Source: Candidatus Bathyarchaeota archaeon
GTDB taxonomy: Archaea; Thermoproteota; Bathyarchaeia; Hecatellales; Hecatellaceae
Direction of reading: 5' to 3'
Length of the DNA: 64,000 nucleotides
Assembly (NCBI GenBank): GCA_052246995.1
Contig: JBQPWD010000003.1
Location: 1 to 64,000, forward strand
Each line of letters opens with the position of its first letter. Positions within the stretch are counted from its first letter, which is position 1. Position numbers and translations under genes: made by a program. The notes under the pieces were generated by a model, which ran no database searches, was not told the DNA's origin, and worked only from the letters and a program-made list of their open reading frames with translations. Below, piece after piece: positions 32,829 to 43,489 of this stretch.

Positions 32829-35800
32829 TGAGCTTAGAAGTGCTTGAAAGTGAAGAAGTATTAAAAACTATTAAAAAAATTAGGTTTGAAGTTTTTTCTC
32901 CACACGACATTAGAAAATACTCTGTTGTTGAGGTTAGAGAACCAGACACATACGATGAAGACGGTAGCCCCATAACTTCAGGGTTAATGGATGAACGGCT
33001 TGGGACATTAGAACCTAGAGCTAAATGTAAAACCTGCGGGAATACCGCTGTAAGATGTCCAGGACATTTTGGCCATGTTGAGCTTGCAACACCCACAATC
33101 CACATTTGCTTTGTAAAGTATGTTCATGAACTTCTTAATATTTTCTGTAAAGAATGTGGAAGAATAACTCTACGTGAGGCTAAAATAGAAGATTATAGGA
33201 AAAAGGTTGCGACGTACAAGCTTGAGGTTGGAGATGAACCTCAACATATTTATGAGGAAATTAAAAATGAAGCAAAAAAGGTAACTGTATGCCCACACTG
33301 CATGAAAAGAAAAAACCCCGTGGAATTTAATAAACCAGCAAACTTTTTTGAACACTTGGAAGATGGTTCACTAAAACCGTTAGATCCTGCAACAATCAGA
33401 ACTAGACTTGAACTTATTAACGACAAAGATTATGAGCTTTTAGGCTATTCCTCCATAGCCGCTAGACCTGAATGGATGATTTTAACAGTTCTTCCAGTTC
33501 CACCTGTATGTGTAAGACCTTCAATTATCCTTGAGTCGGGTATAAGGTCTGAGGATGACTTAACCCATAAACTTGTAGACATTATAAGAATTAACAGGAA
33601 GCTTGAGGAATATGCATCGGAAGGTGGTGCTCCACCGCTAATTTTTCAGGAGCTTTCAGAGCTACTTCAATATCATGTTATAACATACTTTGACAATGAA
33701 ACTTCGGGCATTCCTCCAGCAAGACATAGGTCTGGCAGGGCTTTAAGGACATTAGCTCAAAGACTTAAAGGTAAGGAGGGAAGATTTAGAAGCAACCTTT
33801 CAGGTAAAAGGGTTGACTTTTCAGCTAGAACAGTTATCTCTCCTGACCCAAACTTGGGCATTGATGAGGTTGGCGTGCCCATAGAGATTGCTAAACATTT
33901 AACTTATCCCGAAGTTGTAACAGAATGGAATCTTGAGCTTATGAAGCAACTTGTTAAAAATGGTCCATCAAACCATCCTGGGGCATTGTATATTGTTAGG
34001 CCTGACGGTAAAAGAGTTAGACTAGAGTTTGTTTCTGATAGAGAAAAAATTGCTGAAAGTCTTCAACCGGGGTTTATTGTTGAAAGACATCTAATGGATG
34101 GAGATATAGTCATCTTTAACAGGCAACCTTCACTTCACAGAATGTCTATGATGGTGCATAGGGTTAAAGTTTTACCTTATAAAACATTTAGGCTCCACTT
34201 GGCAGTATGTCCTCCATACAATGCAGATTTTGATGGAGATGAAATGAATCTACATGTACCCCAAACAGAGGAAGCTGTAACTGAAGCTAAAATTTTAATG
34301 CAAGTTCAAACTCAAATACTTTCACCAAGATATGGTGGTCCAATAATAGGGGCTATAAGAGACTTTATAACTGGAGCATACCTCCTCACAAGGAAGTCAA
34401 CTCTGCTTAGAAAGGGCGAGGTTTTCGACTTGCTTGTAGCTTTAGAGTATGAAGGTCCGTTTCCGGAGCCAGTTGTTAAAAAACCTGAACCATTATGGTC
34501 TGGAAAAGATATTTTTAGTCTTCTTCTACCTGAAGATTTAAACCATGTTGGTAAAGCAAGCATATGTGTTGGATGTGAAGTATGTAAAGAGGAAAAATGT
34601 GAGAATGATGCTTACGTTGTTGTTAAAAATGGTAAGCTTATTTCAGGTGCGATTGATAAAAACTCTATTGGCGCTGAAAAATCTGAAAGCATTCTTCATA
34701 GAATTGCTAAGGAATATGGTGCTGAAGCTGCAAAAGATTTCCTCAACAAACTTTCAAGACTTGTAACAACATATCTTTCAATAAGAGGTTTTTCCTACTC
34801 TCTTGATGAGCTAGACATATCTGATGAGGTTAGAAGAAAAATTGATAGAAAAAATAAGGATGCGCAAAAAGAAATGGACGAACTCATCCGCCAGTTTAAC
34901 GCTGGAATACTGCCAAAACTTCCAGGACAAAGTCTTGAAGACTCCCTTGAAATTTATGCTATGAAAATTTTAGCCGAGGCTAGGGATAGTTGTGGGGAAT
35001 ACGTTAACCAGTATTTTAGCATGGACAACAGTGGAGCAATAATGACTAGAACGGGAGCTAGAGGTACAAGCTTAAATCTTGGACAGATGACAGCATGCCT
35101 AGGTCAACAATCTGTTAGAGGTAAAAGAATTATCCGTGGATACAGGGACAGAGCATTACCCCACTTTAAACGTGGAGATCCAAGCCCTGAGGCAAGAGGT
35201 TATGTTTATTCATGCTACAGGGATGGACTTTCACCAATAGAATTCTTCTTCCATGCTATGGGTGGTAGAGAAGGTTTAGTGGACACTGCTGTAAGAACTC
35301 AGCAAAGTGGATACATGCAGAGAAGGCTCATTAATGCACTTCAAGATTTAAAGGTTGAATATGATGAAACTATTAGAACTGCTACAGGCGAAATTATCCA
35401 GTTTAAATATGGTGAGGATGGAATTGCTCCAGCTAAAAGTGACCATGGAAAGGCTGTAAATATTCAAAGATTGATTGAAAGGATAAAACTTGTAGTCGAA
35501 AAAGGTAAGCCTGCACCTCCAAGCTACATTGAGGAAAAAGTTAAAAATGTTACAAACCAACTTCCACCGTCATTGGTAGATGAGCTTAAAAGTAGACTTT
35601 TGGATGCTAACCTTCCAAGAAATGGTGTTGACATTGTTGTTGAAAAAACGGTTGAGGAATACAACTTTGCTAAAATTGAGCCTGGAGAGTCAGCTGGAAT
35701 TGTTACAGCTCAGTCTATAGGAGAACCTGGAACTCAAATGACTCTTAGAACGTTTCACTTTGCTGGAGTTAGAGAAAGAAATGTTACTCTTGGGCTTCCA

Positions 35801-36694
35801 AGAATTATAGAAATTGTTGATGCCAGAAGGGTGCCTTCAACCCCAATCATGACGGTTTATCTTACACGTGAATATAAACATAGTCGTGAGAAAGCTGTAG
35901 AGATGGCTCAAGCATTAGTATACACAACTTTGAGAGATATTGCATCTGAAATTTACATTGACCATATTGAAGGTAGTGTAGTTATCAAAATACCTGATGA
36001 AAACCTTAAAGAAAGAGGTTTAACCTCAGACGACCTTAAGAAAGTAATAACTATTCAAAATTGTAAGGTAAAGCTGCAACATAAAGGAGGGTTTGTAACT
36101 ATTAATGTTAAACCTGAAAACGCGGAGACGTTACCAAAACTTTTTGAAAAAATACCGACAATCCAAGTTAAAGGAGTACCTGGGATCAGAAGAGCATTAG
36201 TAACTTTTGATAAGGGTGAATGGATTATCCAAACTGAGGGTTCAAACCTATCGAAGGTTTTAAAGATTGAGGGAATTGATAAATCTAGGACAACTACAAA
36301 CAACATCCACGAAATTGCTTCAACACTAGGTATTGAAGCTGCAAGAAATGCTATAATACGTGAAATGAAAAACGTTTTAGATGAACAAGGGTTGGATGTG
36401 GATATTAGACATATAATGCTGGTTGCAGATATCATGACGTTTGAAGGAGAAGTTATGCAAATTGGTAGACATGGTGTAAGCGGAGAAAAGGCAAGTGTTC
36501 TTGCAAGGGCAGCGTTTGAAATAACCGTTCCAACGCTTGTTGACGCTGCTGTTAAAGGTGAGGAGGATAGTCTTAAAGGAGTTGTAGAGAATGTTATACT
36601 TGGACAAATGATACCTGTAGGTACGGGGACAGTCGAACTTTACATGACGATGCCAAGCGAAAATTCATCTTCAGGAGGAAACAAAAATGAGTAG
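32828..36694 (+). CDS. rpoA: RNA polymerase largest subunit, fused A'+A'' (Rpo1); probable ATG start at 32828 overlapping the rpoB stop
   Basis: CPGHFGH, NADFDGD, GGREGLVDTAVRT, then the A'' motifs AQSIGEPGTQMTLRTFH and RAAFE in the same ORF. Confidence 0.97.
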
Positions 36695-37031
36695 TGCGGA
36701 CATAAATAGAGCCTTACAAGTGACGGTAAAAACTGGTAAGGTTACACTTGGATATAAGGAAAGTCTTGAAGCTTTAAGAACTGGAAAAGCTAAGCTTATA
36801 GTTGTTGCAAAAAATCTTCCATCAGAAAAGAGTGAAAAAATATTTAGGTATGCTGAAATGTTAAATATACCTGTACTTAAATATGATGGTTCAAGCATAG
36901 ATTTAGGGGTTTTATGTGAAAAACCATACACGGTTTCAGCTATGGCGGTAAGAGAAGTAGGAGACTCAGAAATATTGAAGATTATTAATTTACCAAAACC
37001 AAAAGCTACAAAAAGAAGGAGGAAAAAGTAG
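36687..37031 (+). CDS. rpl30e: 50S ribosomal protein L30e
   Basis: KTGKV.LG, LGVLC.KPY.VS, GDS.I; conserved position after rpoA. Confidence 0.95.
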   Translation: MSSADINRALQVTVKTGKVTLGYKESLEALRTGKAKLIVVAKNLPSEKSEKIFRYAEMLNIPVLKYDGSSIDLGVLCEKPYTVSAMAVREVGDSEILKIINLPKPKATKRRRKK

Positions 37032-37034
37032 ACT

Positions 37035-37472
37035 ATGCCGGCAAAAATCAAGCTTACAACGGATGAAATAAAGTGTATGAGCCTTTTTGAAAGCATAACA
37101 GGTGTTACTGCAAGAGATTGCATAATAGATAACCATTCAAACAGGATAATTTTTGTCACAAACCCAAAAGAAGCTGGACTTGCAATAGGAAAAAATGGCT
37201 TTAAAATTAAGCTTTTAAGAAAAGCCACGGGTAAAAACATTGAGGTTGTAGAGTTCTCTGAAAACATTCAAGAGTTCATAAAAAATGCTTTTCTACCTGC
37301 AAGAGTTAAAGAGGTTAGGGTTGTGGAGAAACTTGATAAAAAGAAAGTTGCATTTGTTAAAGTAGAAAATGAGGATAAAGGGATTGCTATAGGTAAGGGT
37401 GGAGAAAAAGTAGAAAAAGTTAAAAAATTAGTTAAAAGATATTTTGATGTTGAAGGTTTATCCATAATTTAG
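37035..37472 (+). CDS. nusA: Archaeal NusA (two KH domains)
   Basis: GLAIGKNG and GIAIGKGG KH motifs; conserved position after L30e. Confidence 0.95.
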   Translation: MPAKIKLTTDEIKCMSLFESITGVTARDCIIDNHSNRIIFVTNPKEAGLAIGKNGFKIKLLRKATGKNIEVVEFSENIQEFIKNAFLPARVKEVRVVEKLDKKKVAFVKVENEDKGIAIGKGGEKVEKVKKLVKRYFDVEGLSII

Positions 37473-37541
37473 TTTTTATGTTGGAAAAACTTATCTTTAA
37501 AAATTTAGAAAAACTTTAATGGCAACTCCCCCGGGTTTTTT

Positions 37542-38825
37542 ATGTTTGAAGAAGTTTTAGGTAGCGTTAAAAATCTTAAAATCGTAAACTCTTCAAACTC
37601 ACTTTGCCTTATATGTAAAGCTGGAAGAATGCTTTGTGGTAAACCGTACTGTCCCATCCTTTTAAAACTAGATGTATTAAAAAAACATAAGAAAATTCTG
37701 GATTTAGATTTTATTGAAGGTTCAACACCTCCAGCTGCTTTTGTTGGACATCAAGGTTATCCTAAAGTTCAAGTTGGACCCTTAATTCCACCTTTTCACG
37801 GAGATACTTCAACATTAGATTTGCCTGAAAGCTGGATAGGGAAAAGTTTAAGAGATTTTTTAGACTTAAGATTTTCACTTGTTTGGGGTAAATTTAAAGT
37901 TAAAGTTGATGCTGCCAGAAAGGGGTTAAAGTTTATTGAAATGCTTCACGATGCAGCTTTAAGCTTTAACTCTGTTGATAGTGAAGCTGTTTTTACAAAA
38001 AAGCCAAGCACCTCTATTATTCTGGATGATTGGAGTCAACCATTCGGAATATCTGCACCCATACTAAAGCTTAAAATTGCAGGTGGAACGGGGGAGAGAA
38101 GACTGGAAAGATGCTTTTATGACCACGATTTGAAGGCTGAAGAGGCAGTTTTAAGGTTGTATAGTGAAGGTATACCTGTATCAAGAATTCAGCATCTTCT
38201 AAGCCTAGGTATGCTTGGAATTTTTAAAGACAGGGTACTTGTACCGACAAGGTGGAGTATTACCGCGGTGGATAGCATAATATCCTTAAACCTTATAAAT
38301 GAAATTAAACATTACGAGAGTATAGATGAATATAGGCTTTACTTTTTTAAAAATCTTGATAACCTTTTTGTTGTGGCACTTATACCTGGAAAATGGAGTT
38401 TTGAATGGATAGAGGCATGGTTTCCAGGAACAGTTTGGAATGTTTCTGGATTAAAACCTGAAATTATGGGGGATTTTGAAGGATTTAAAGGTAGGAAAAG
38501 TTACGCTGTTGTTGGCGGGTGTTACTATGCCGCCAGACTTGCGGTTGCTGAAGCTCTTAAACATGAAAAAAAGCAGGCTTCGGCACTACTTTTAAGGGAA
38601 ATTTACAACGGGTATACCATACCTGTGGGTGTTTGGAATGTTAGGGAGAGTGTAAGATGGGCTTTAAAAACTAAACCTGAGACATTTCAAACATTTCCAG
38701 ACCTGTTAAAAGGTGTTTCAACAATTTTAAGAATACCCATTGTTGAATGGGTTAGGCATAGCAGACTGCTTAAACATTTAATTTTACAGAAAAGAATTCC
38801 TGATTTTTTGAACGAGAAAGCTTAA
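37542..38825 (+). CDS. nreA: DNA repair protein Nre (NreA)
   Basis: N-terminal CxxC...C...C, GSTPP..FVG..GYPKV, LVPTRWSITAVD, GGCYYAARL, PVGVW.VRE, C-terminal PIP-box-like QKRIPDF. Confidence 0.92.
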   Translation: MFEEVLGSVKNLKIVNSSNSLCLICKAGRMLCGKPYCPILLKLDVLKKHKKILDLDFIEGSTPPAAFVGHQGYPKVQVGPLIPPFHGDTSTLDLPESWIGKSLRDFLDLRFSLVWGKFKVKVDAARKGLKFIEMLHDAALSFNSVDSEAVFTKKPSTSIILDDWSQPFGISAPILKLKIAGGTGERRLERCFYDHDLKAEEAVLRLYSEGIPVSRIQHLLSLGMLGIFKDRVLVPTRWSITAVDSIISLNLINEIKHYESIDEYRLYFFKNLDNLFVVALIPGKWSFEWIEAWFPGTVWNVSGLKPEIMGDFEGFKGRKSYAVVGGCYYAARLAVAEALKHEKKQASALLLREIYNGYTIPVGVWNVRESVRWALKTKPETFQTFPDLLKGVSTILRIPIVEWVRHSRLLKHLILQKRIPDFLNEKA

Positions 38826-38833
38826 ATTTAAAA

Positions 38834-39166
38834 TTAGGCTGCTGAAACAAGCGGTTTATATATTTTTAACCTTCTACATCCAGAAACAAGCTCAACAATA
38901 CCTTTTTTCTGAAGCTCTTCAAGAAAATCTTTAGCTGTACTTACACGAAGTGAAAAGGTTGAAGCTATGGTTGACGGGGTTACAACCTTTATTTTTTTAA
39001 TTTCGTTTATCAGTGTATTTTCATCAATACTAGGCAGAGTTACACTTTGACTCTTCTTTTCAGACGTAGCGGCTTTCTTTTTTCTTGCCTCCATTTTCTT
39101 TTTTTCTTCTCTAAGTTTCTGAGCTTTTTCCATTCCCGTGATGCTTCTTCTTTTAACACCACCCAT
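38834..39166 (-). CDS. rps25e: 30S ribosomal protein S25e
   Basis: Basic N-terminus MGGVKRR followed by VVTPSTIA..F.LRVSTAK.FL.EL winged helix. Confidence 0.88.
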   Translation of the reverse strand: MGGVKRRSITGMEKAQKLREEKKKMEARKKKAATSEKKSQSVTLPSIDENTLINEIKKIKVVTPSTIASTFSLRVSTAKDFLEELQKKGIVELVSGCRRLKIYKPLVSAA

Positions 39167-39308
39167 AATACTCCACCTAAGTTATAGATGGCTTAAACAG
39201 CACTTAAGTTTTTCAGACATAAAAAGTTTTTAGTTTAAACTCTAAAACAATAAACACTAGAGTTAATATCTTTCTTAAAATTCAAAAATTCTTGAAATGC
39301 CCTCAACA

Positions 39309-39464
39309 ATGAAGCTTATCACAGTTAAACTCCCGGATGCACTTGTTCAAGGAATAGACGAACTTATCAAGGTAGGTATGTATCCAAGTAGAAGCGCAGT
39401 TATAAGAGCAGCTGTAAGAGACCTCTTAAAAAACGAGCTTTGGCAAAATCAAGATAGAAGATAG
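39309..39464 (+). CDS. Small ribbon-helix-helix transcription factor (aCcr1/CdrS-like), 51 aa
   Basis: Below the ORF-track size cutoff. MKLITVKLPDALVQGIDELIKVGMYPSRSAVIRAAVRDLLKNELWQNQDRR* shows the beta-strand plus G.YPSRS..IR.AVR.LL pattern. Confidence 0.9.
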   Translation: MKLITVKLPDALVQGIDELIKVGMYPSRSAVIRAAVRDLLKNELWQNQDRR

Positions 39465-39488
39465 TACCTTAAAACCTTGAGAAAGGTT

Positions 39489-40193
39489 TTAGTCTGGAAA
39501 AAGAGGCATATCTTCAACATCAATAACCTTTACATAGAAAAACCTTGTTTCACTGGTATTTACGCAGTATTCAAGCTGCTCTCCATTTAATCTTGAAGTT
39601 GCATATCTTAAAAACGGTTCCCTGAAAACTTTTCTTAGTTTAACGTAGAAAAATAGTGGTAGAGCATTTAGGTCGTAGTAGCGTTCAAAAGGAACGTAAG
39701 CTCCAACAACCCATTTACCGTTGCTTTTAAAACGCCAAACAGGGAAGGAAGTATAGTCTCTAGAAAAAATTAAGTATAGAAGACGTACAAGAGAGTTTAA
39801 ACTGTCAAGCTCAACTTTTAAAGGCTTTTTCACCTCATGAATTTTACCGTTTAAAAGTTTAACAAACATTTCAGGTGGGTTTTTAAGGCTTATAACTGGA
39901 GCATAGCTATACTTTGTATCTTCAAAGTTATTTGTAAAGAAGCATTCTTCATGTTCACCATCACTTTTATACGCTAAAAACGGTTGAGGTTTCTCCTTCA
40001 ACTTAACATATGCAAAAATTGGTAAATCACCTCTCCAGGATGTGTAGAGTGACAATAAACCAAGAAAGCTTTTTCTATTAACTTTAAAATGCCAGAGAAA
40101 CGGTGGGTTTTCTGTTAAAGCTAAGGACAACCTTGCAAAATTAAATAGGTTTTTAATAGCTACAGGTATTGGAGGTTTAGCATCCCCCATCAT
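39489..40193 (-). CDS. Hypothetical protein with two tandem homologous domains
   Basis: 234-aa ORF with an internal repeat: LW.FK...LPIFAYVKL..PFLAY versus VW.FK...LPLFFYVKL..PFLRY. Confidence 0.75.
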   Translation of the reverse strand: MMGDAKPPIPVAIKNLFNFARLSLALTENPPFLWHFKVNRKSFLGLLSLYTSWRGDLPIFAYVKLKEKPQPFLAYKSDGEHEECFFTNNFEDTKYSYAPVISLKNPPEMFVKLLNGKIHEVKKPLKVELDSLNSLVRLLYLIFSRDYTSFPVWRFKSNGKWVVGAYVPFERYYDLNALPLFFYVKLRKVFREPFLRYATSRLNGEQLEYCVNTSETRFFYVKVIDVEDMPLFPD

Positions 40194-40281
40194 TTAAACC
40201 TCAAAATAAAAAATTGAACTCTAATATTAAGCTAAAAACTAAATTTAATTTATACGGATTTAAAGTTTTTCACACCCTAAT

Positions 40282-41007
40282 CTACTCACAGTTAAACTTT
40301 TTAACATCCCCCTCCTTCTCAAGAAGGTATACTCCAACACCAACAAAGTTTTTGCTAAGTTTTACCCTATTTTTTTCAACAATAGTTTTAGGATTTAGCG
40401 AAACAGTTTGTAAGGCTTCTCTCTCACTTAAACCTAGAATGTAGGGTATGGAGGCAAGGTCTTTTGGTGCTTTAACCTCGTATATACATGTGGCACCGCT
40501 GCACGTGACAACCGGTACCCTATACTTTTTAGCAGTTTTAACAATTCTTTTAAATTCAAAAAGCACTTTAGGTAAAAATTTTAGCGGAGTTTCAGTAATA
40601 TGCTTAACATTTAACTCTAAACATGCATTAGAGTTTGACGCTAACTTGGCTTCAGCATCATCAAAAAGATTCAAATTTTTTGTAGGAAAAACAAGCAAAT
40701 CCACTCTACGGTCTCTTGCAGCAAATCTTGCGATATGTTTAGAGTTACAAACAACAGCTATAACTTCAAACCTTCTCCTTAACTTTCTAAGCATGTTAAG
40801 AAGTTCATGGTTGGATGATGGTTGAAGGTTAACTCTGCTAACAACATCAACACCTAAACTTTCACCAATCTTCTTCCAATCTTCAACTCTCCCGTTTAAA
40901 TCTGAAACAAGCCCAACAGCACCATAACCAAGTTTACTAAGAAAGCTTAAAATTTTTTCAGCATCTTCCCACTTAATGTTTAAATGTAAATCTACAAACC
41001 TTCCCAA
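40282..41007 (-). CDS. rnp3: Ribonuclease P protein component 3 (Rpp30)
   Basis: FVDLHL, ARFAARDRRVDLL, CSGA...YEVKAPKDL, NP..I; PHP-like barrel. Confidence 0.88.
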   Translation of the reverse strand: MGRFVDLHLNIKWEDAEKILSFLSKLGYGAVGLVSDLNGRVEDWKKIGESLGVDVVSRVNLQPSSNHELLNMLRKLRRRFEVIAVVCNSKHIARFAARDRRVDLLVFPTKNLNLFDDAEAKLASNSNACLELNVKHITETPLKFLPKVLFEFKRIVKTAKKYRVPVVTCSGATCIYEVKAPKDLASIPYILGLSEREALQTVSLNPKTIVEKNRVKLSKNFVGVGVYLLEKEGDVKKFNCE

Positions 41008-41030
41008 ACCTTAGCACCTTCAACAATGTT

Positions 41031-41489
41031 TTACAGCTTATCCCCTACAATCATTTTCCTGAAAAACTCAGATATCTTCTCCCTTTGTCTACGTGGAACT
41101 GTAAGCTTAATTTTTAGATGAATCGGGTCTGAGCTTGAAACCTTAAACACACCGTTATATGCTGCTTGCTTGTCAAGTCGAAGATAAAAGTTTCCATCTT
41201 CGTCAATGTTATCCTCCAACCTTTTAAGAAGCAGGTTTCGGTCAAAATCTTCAAGCCTAGAAAAAACGTTGTAGATAATTTTTCTTGCATAAGATTTAGA
41301 GTAAACTTTTGTTTTAACAAGTACGATGGGGTTTCCATGATGTCCTTCAAGCTTTTCCTCGGAAAAATTAACTCCACTATAAACTTCACTTGTTAAAACA
41401 TTTTTAAGACTTTCTAAAACTTTCTCAATGTTCTCTGTCGCGTGAGATATTACACGTACTTCAACCAAGGCTACGGGAAAACTCATCAT
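41031..41489 (-). CDS. Predicted RNA-binding protein (DUF54 / exosome-associated)
   Basis: HATE..EKV, GHHGNPI, FYLRLDKQAAY.G. Confidence 0.85.
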   Translation of the reverse strand: MMSFPVALVEVRVISHATENIEKVLESLKNVLTSEVYSGVNFSEEKLEGHHGNPIVLVKTKVYSKSYARKIIYNVFSRLEDFDRNLLLKRLEDNIDEDGNFYLRLDKQAAYNGVFKVSSSDPIHLKIKLTVPRRQREKISEFFRKMIVGDKL

Positions 41490-41585
41490 TAAACCTCTAC
41501 AAACCTAACCTAAAAATATCAAAAACGTTAAGTTTAAACTTTTATGTGAAATATTATCATCACACTACTCGGTGGCGTTGTAGTT

Positions 41586-42401
41586 TTGAGTATGAAGCAA
41601 GGTGATGTTTGTGTTATAGGCCTAGGAACCGTTGGGTTACCTACGGCATTATACATTAAACGTAAGGGTTTTGGAGTCTATGGTTATGATATTTCAAACA
41701 TTAAAGTTGATGGTTTAAGGGTAACATCAAACTGGAATGAGGTGCCTGAGACCATAAACATTTATGTTATATGCGTAAGTACGGGGTTAGATGTTAACCA
41801 GCAACCAGATTTAAAAAATATTTATGATGTTTGTGAGAAGATAAAACAAAAAAACCCTGACGCTCTTGTATGTATTGAAAGTACAATTCCATTAGGCACT
41901 TGTAAAAGTATTGTGGAAAAATTTAACCTAAGAAAGGTTGCACATTGTCCTCACAGATATTGGAAGGAAGACCCTAAACATCATGGAGTTAAGCAATTAA
42001 GAGTTTTAGGCGCGGTTAGCGATGAAGCTTTAAAACTTGCTAAGAACTTTTACACTAAACTTGGTATACCAACATACCTTGTTAGTAAAGTTGAAATTGC
42101 CGAGCTTTGTAAAATAGTTGAAAACACCTACAGATTTGTTCAAATTGCCTTTGCAGAAGAATTAAGAATACTTTGTGAAAATTTTGGTTTAAGTTTTGAA
42201 GAAGTTAGGAAAGCATGCAATACTAAGTGGAATATTGAAATTTTAGAAGCAAGACAAGGTATAGGCGGGGAATGTCTACCTAAGGACACAAAATACAGCT
42301 TGAGCATAGCAAAATGCTTAGGCTTAAATTTGGATATTGTTGAAGCGGCACTTAAGGCAGATGAAAAGTATAAAGCGTGGATTAGAAGGCGGGGATGGTA
42401 G
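41586..42401 (+). CDS. UDP-glucose/GDP-mannose dehydrogenase family protein, short form
   Basis: IGLGTVGLP, ICVST, IESTIPLGT, AEL.K.VEN.YR...IAFAEE, GIGGECLPKD. Confidence 0.85.
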   Translation: MSMKQGDVCVIGLGTVGLPTALYIKRKGFGVYGYDISNIKVDGLRVTSNWNEVPETINIYVICVSTGLDVNQQPDLKNIYDVCEKIKQKNPDALVCIESTIPLGTCKSIVEKFNLRKVAHCPHRYWKEDPKHHGVKQLRVLGAVSDEALKLAKNFYTKLGIPTYLVSKVEIAELCKIVENTYRFVQIAFAEELRILCENFGLSFEEVRKACNTKWNIEILEARQGIGGECLPKDTKYSLSIAKCLGLNLDIVEAALKADEKYKAWIRRRGW

Positions 42402-43466
42402 ATGAATCGTAAGGTAGTTTTAGATGTAGCAACACCAAAACAGGCAATTTTTGCTTCAATGCTTTATAGAGAGCTTAAGAGTAAATGTGAGGTTGAAATT
42501 TTAGCTAGGAAGGAAACACAAACTATAGACCTTTTAAACATTTTAAAACTGCCTTACTTAGTGTTAGGAGAGTATGGTAACCAATCCGTTGAAGGAAAGC
42601 TTGAAGCAACACTTAAAAGAGAATTTATGCTTTTAAAACATTTTAAGAGAAATGGTTTTCCTGATGTTTTATGGAGTCATGGTAGTGTAAGTAGTATTAG
42701 GATTGCGTACATGCTAAGAAAACCAGTAGTCTACAATAATGACACCTTACATAATATCCCTGTTGTAAAGCTTACAGCTCCTTACGCATCCTGCCTGATA
42801 ATACCTGAAGCATACAAAAAATCTGAATGGTCTAAGTTTGGGTTAGAAAAGGATAAAATTTTTAAGTTTAAAGGTGTGGAAGAGGCTGCATGGATTAAGA
42901 AGTATAAGCTACCCAATCATGAAAAAGTTTTAGATAAAATTTTAAATGGTCAAAGTTTTGATAGAGTCGTTGTCTTTCGTGGTGTTGAGTATAAGGCCAG
43001 CTATGTAAGCTATGATGAAGGTTTTAAGGTTAACCTTAATATTGTAAGAAATGTTCTAAGGAAGCTTACAAAATATGCAGCAATAATTTACCTTCCACGG
43101 TATGAAGAGGATAAGGGGGTTATGAAGGGTTTGGAGAAAGTGTTTATTCCTGAAAAACCCCCCTATGCTCCCAAACTTGTTGGCGCTGTAGACCTTGTCA
43201 TATCCTCCGGTGGGACTCTAGCTAGGGAATCGGCCTTGCTTGGAACTCCAACCTTAAGTTTTTACTTTAACGATAGAATCTTAAGGTACCTTAAAATGAA
43301 GGGTTTTAACGTTAAATATGTTCCCAATGCCGAAAAACTACTTAAAATTTCACTAAAAATTCTTAAAAACCCTGAAAAGTATAGGATAAACACTTATAGG
43401 CTTCTAAAAAAGCTCGAATCCCCCATCCCCCTAACTATTAAGCATATTTTAAAGTTTTTAAGTTAA
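42402..43466 (+). CDS. DUF354 family GT-B-like protein
   Basis: D.ATPKQ, G.YG, YNNDT.H, F.GV.E.AW, R..E.KASY, SSGGTLARESALLGTP. Confidence 0.82.
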   Translation: MNRKVVLDVATPKQAIFASMLYRELKSKCEVEILARKETQTIDLLNILKLPYLVLGEYGNQSVEGKLEATLKREFMLLKHFKRNGFPDVLWSHGSVSSIRIAYMLRKPVVYNNDTLHNIPVVKLTAPYASCLIIPEAYKKSEWSKFGLEKDKIFKFKGVEEAAWIKKYKLPNHEKVLDKILNGQSFDRVVVFRGVEYKASYVSYDEGFKVNLNIVRNVLRKLTKYAAIIYLPRYEEDKGVMKGLEKVFIPEKPPYAPKLVGAVDLVISSGGTLARESALLGTPTLSFYFNDRILRYLKMKGFNVKYVPNAEKLLKISLKILKNPEKYRINTYRLLKKLESPIPLTIKHILKFLS

Positions 43467-43489
43467 AGTTTGTACTGAAACGGGTTATG

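Noticed and set aside
40214-40444. 76-aa plus-strand ORF between the hypothetical gene and rnp3
   Set aside because: Mostly antisense to rnp3, with no SD or motif support.
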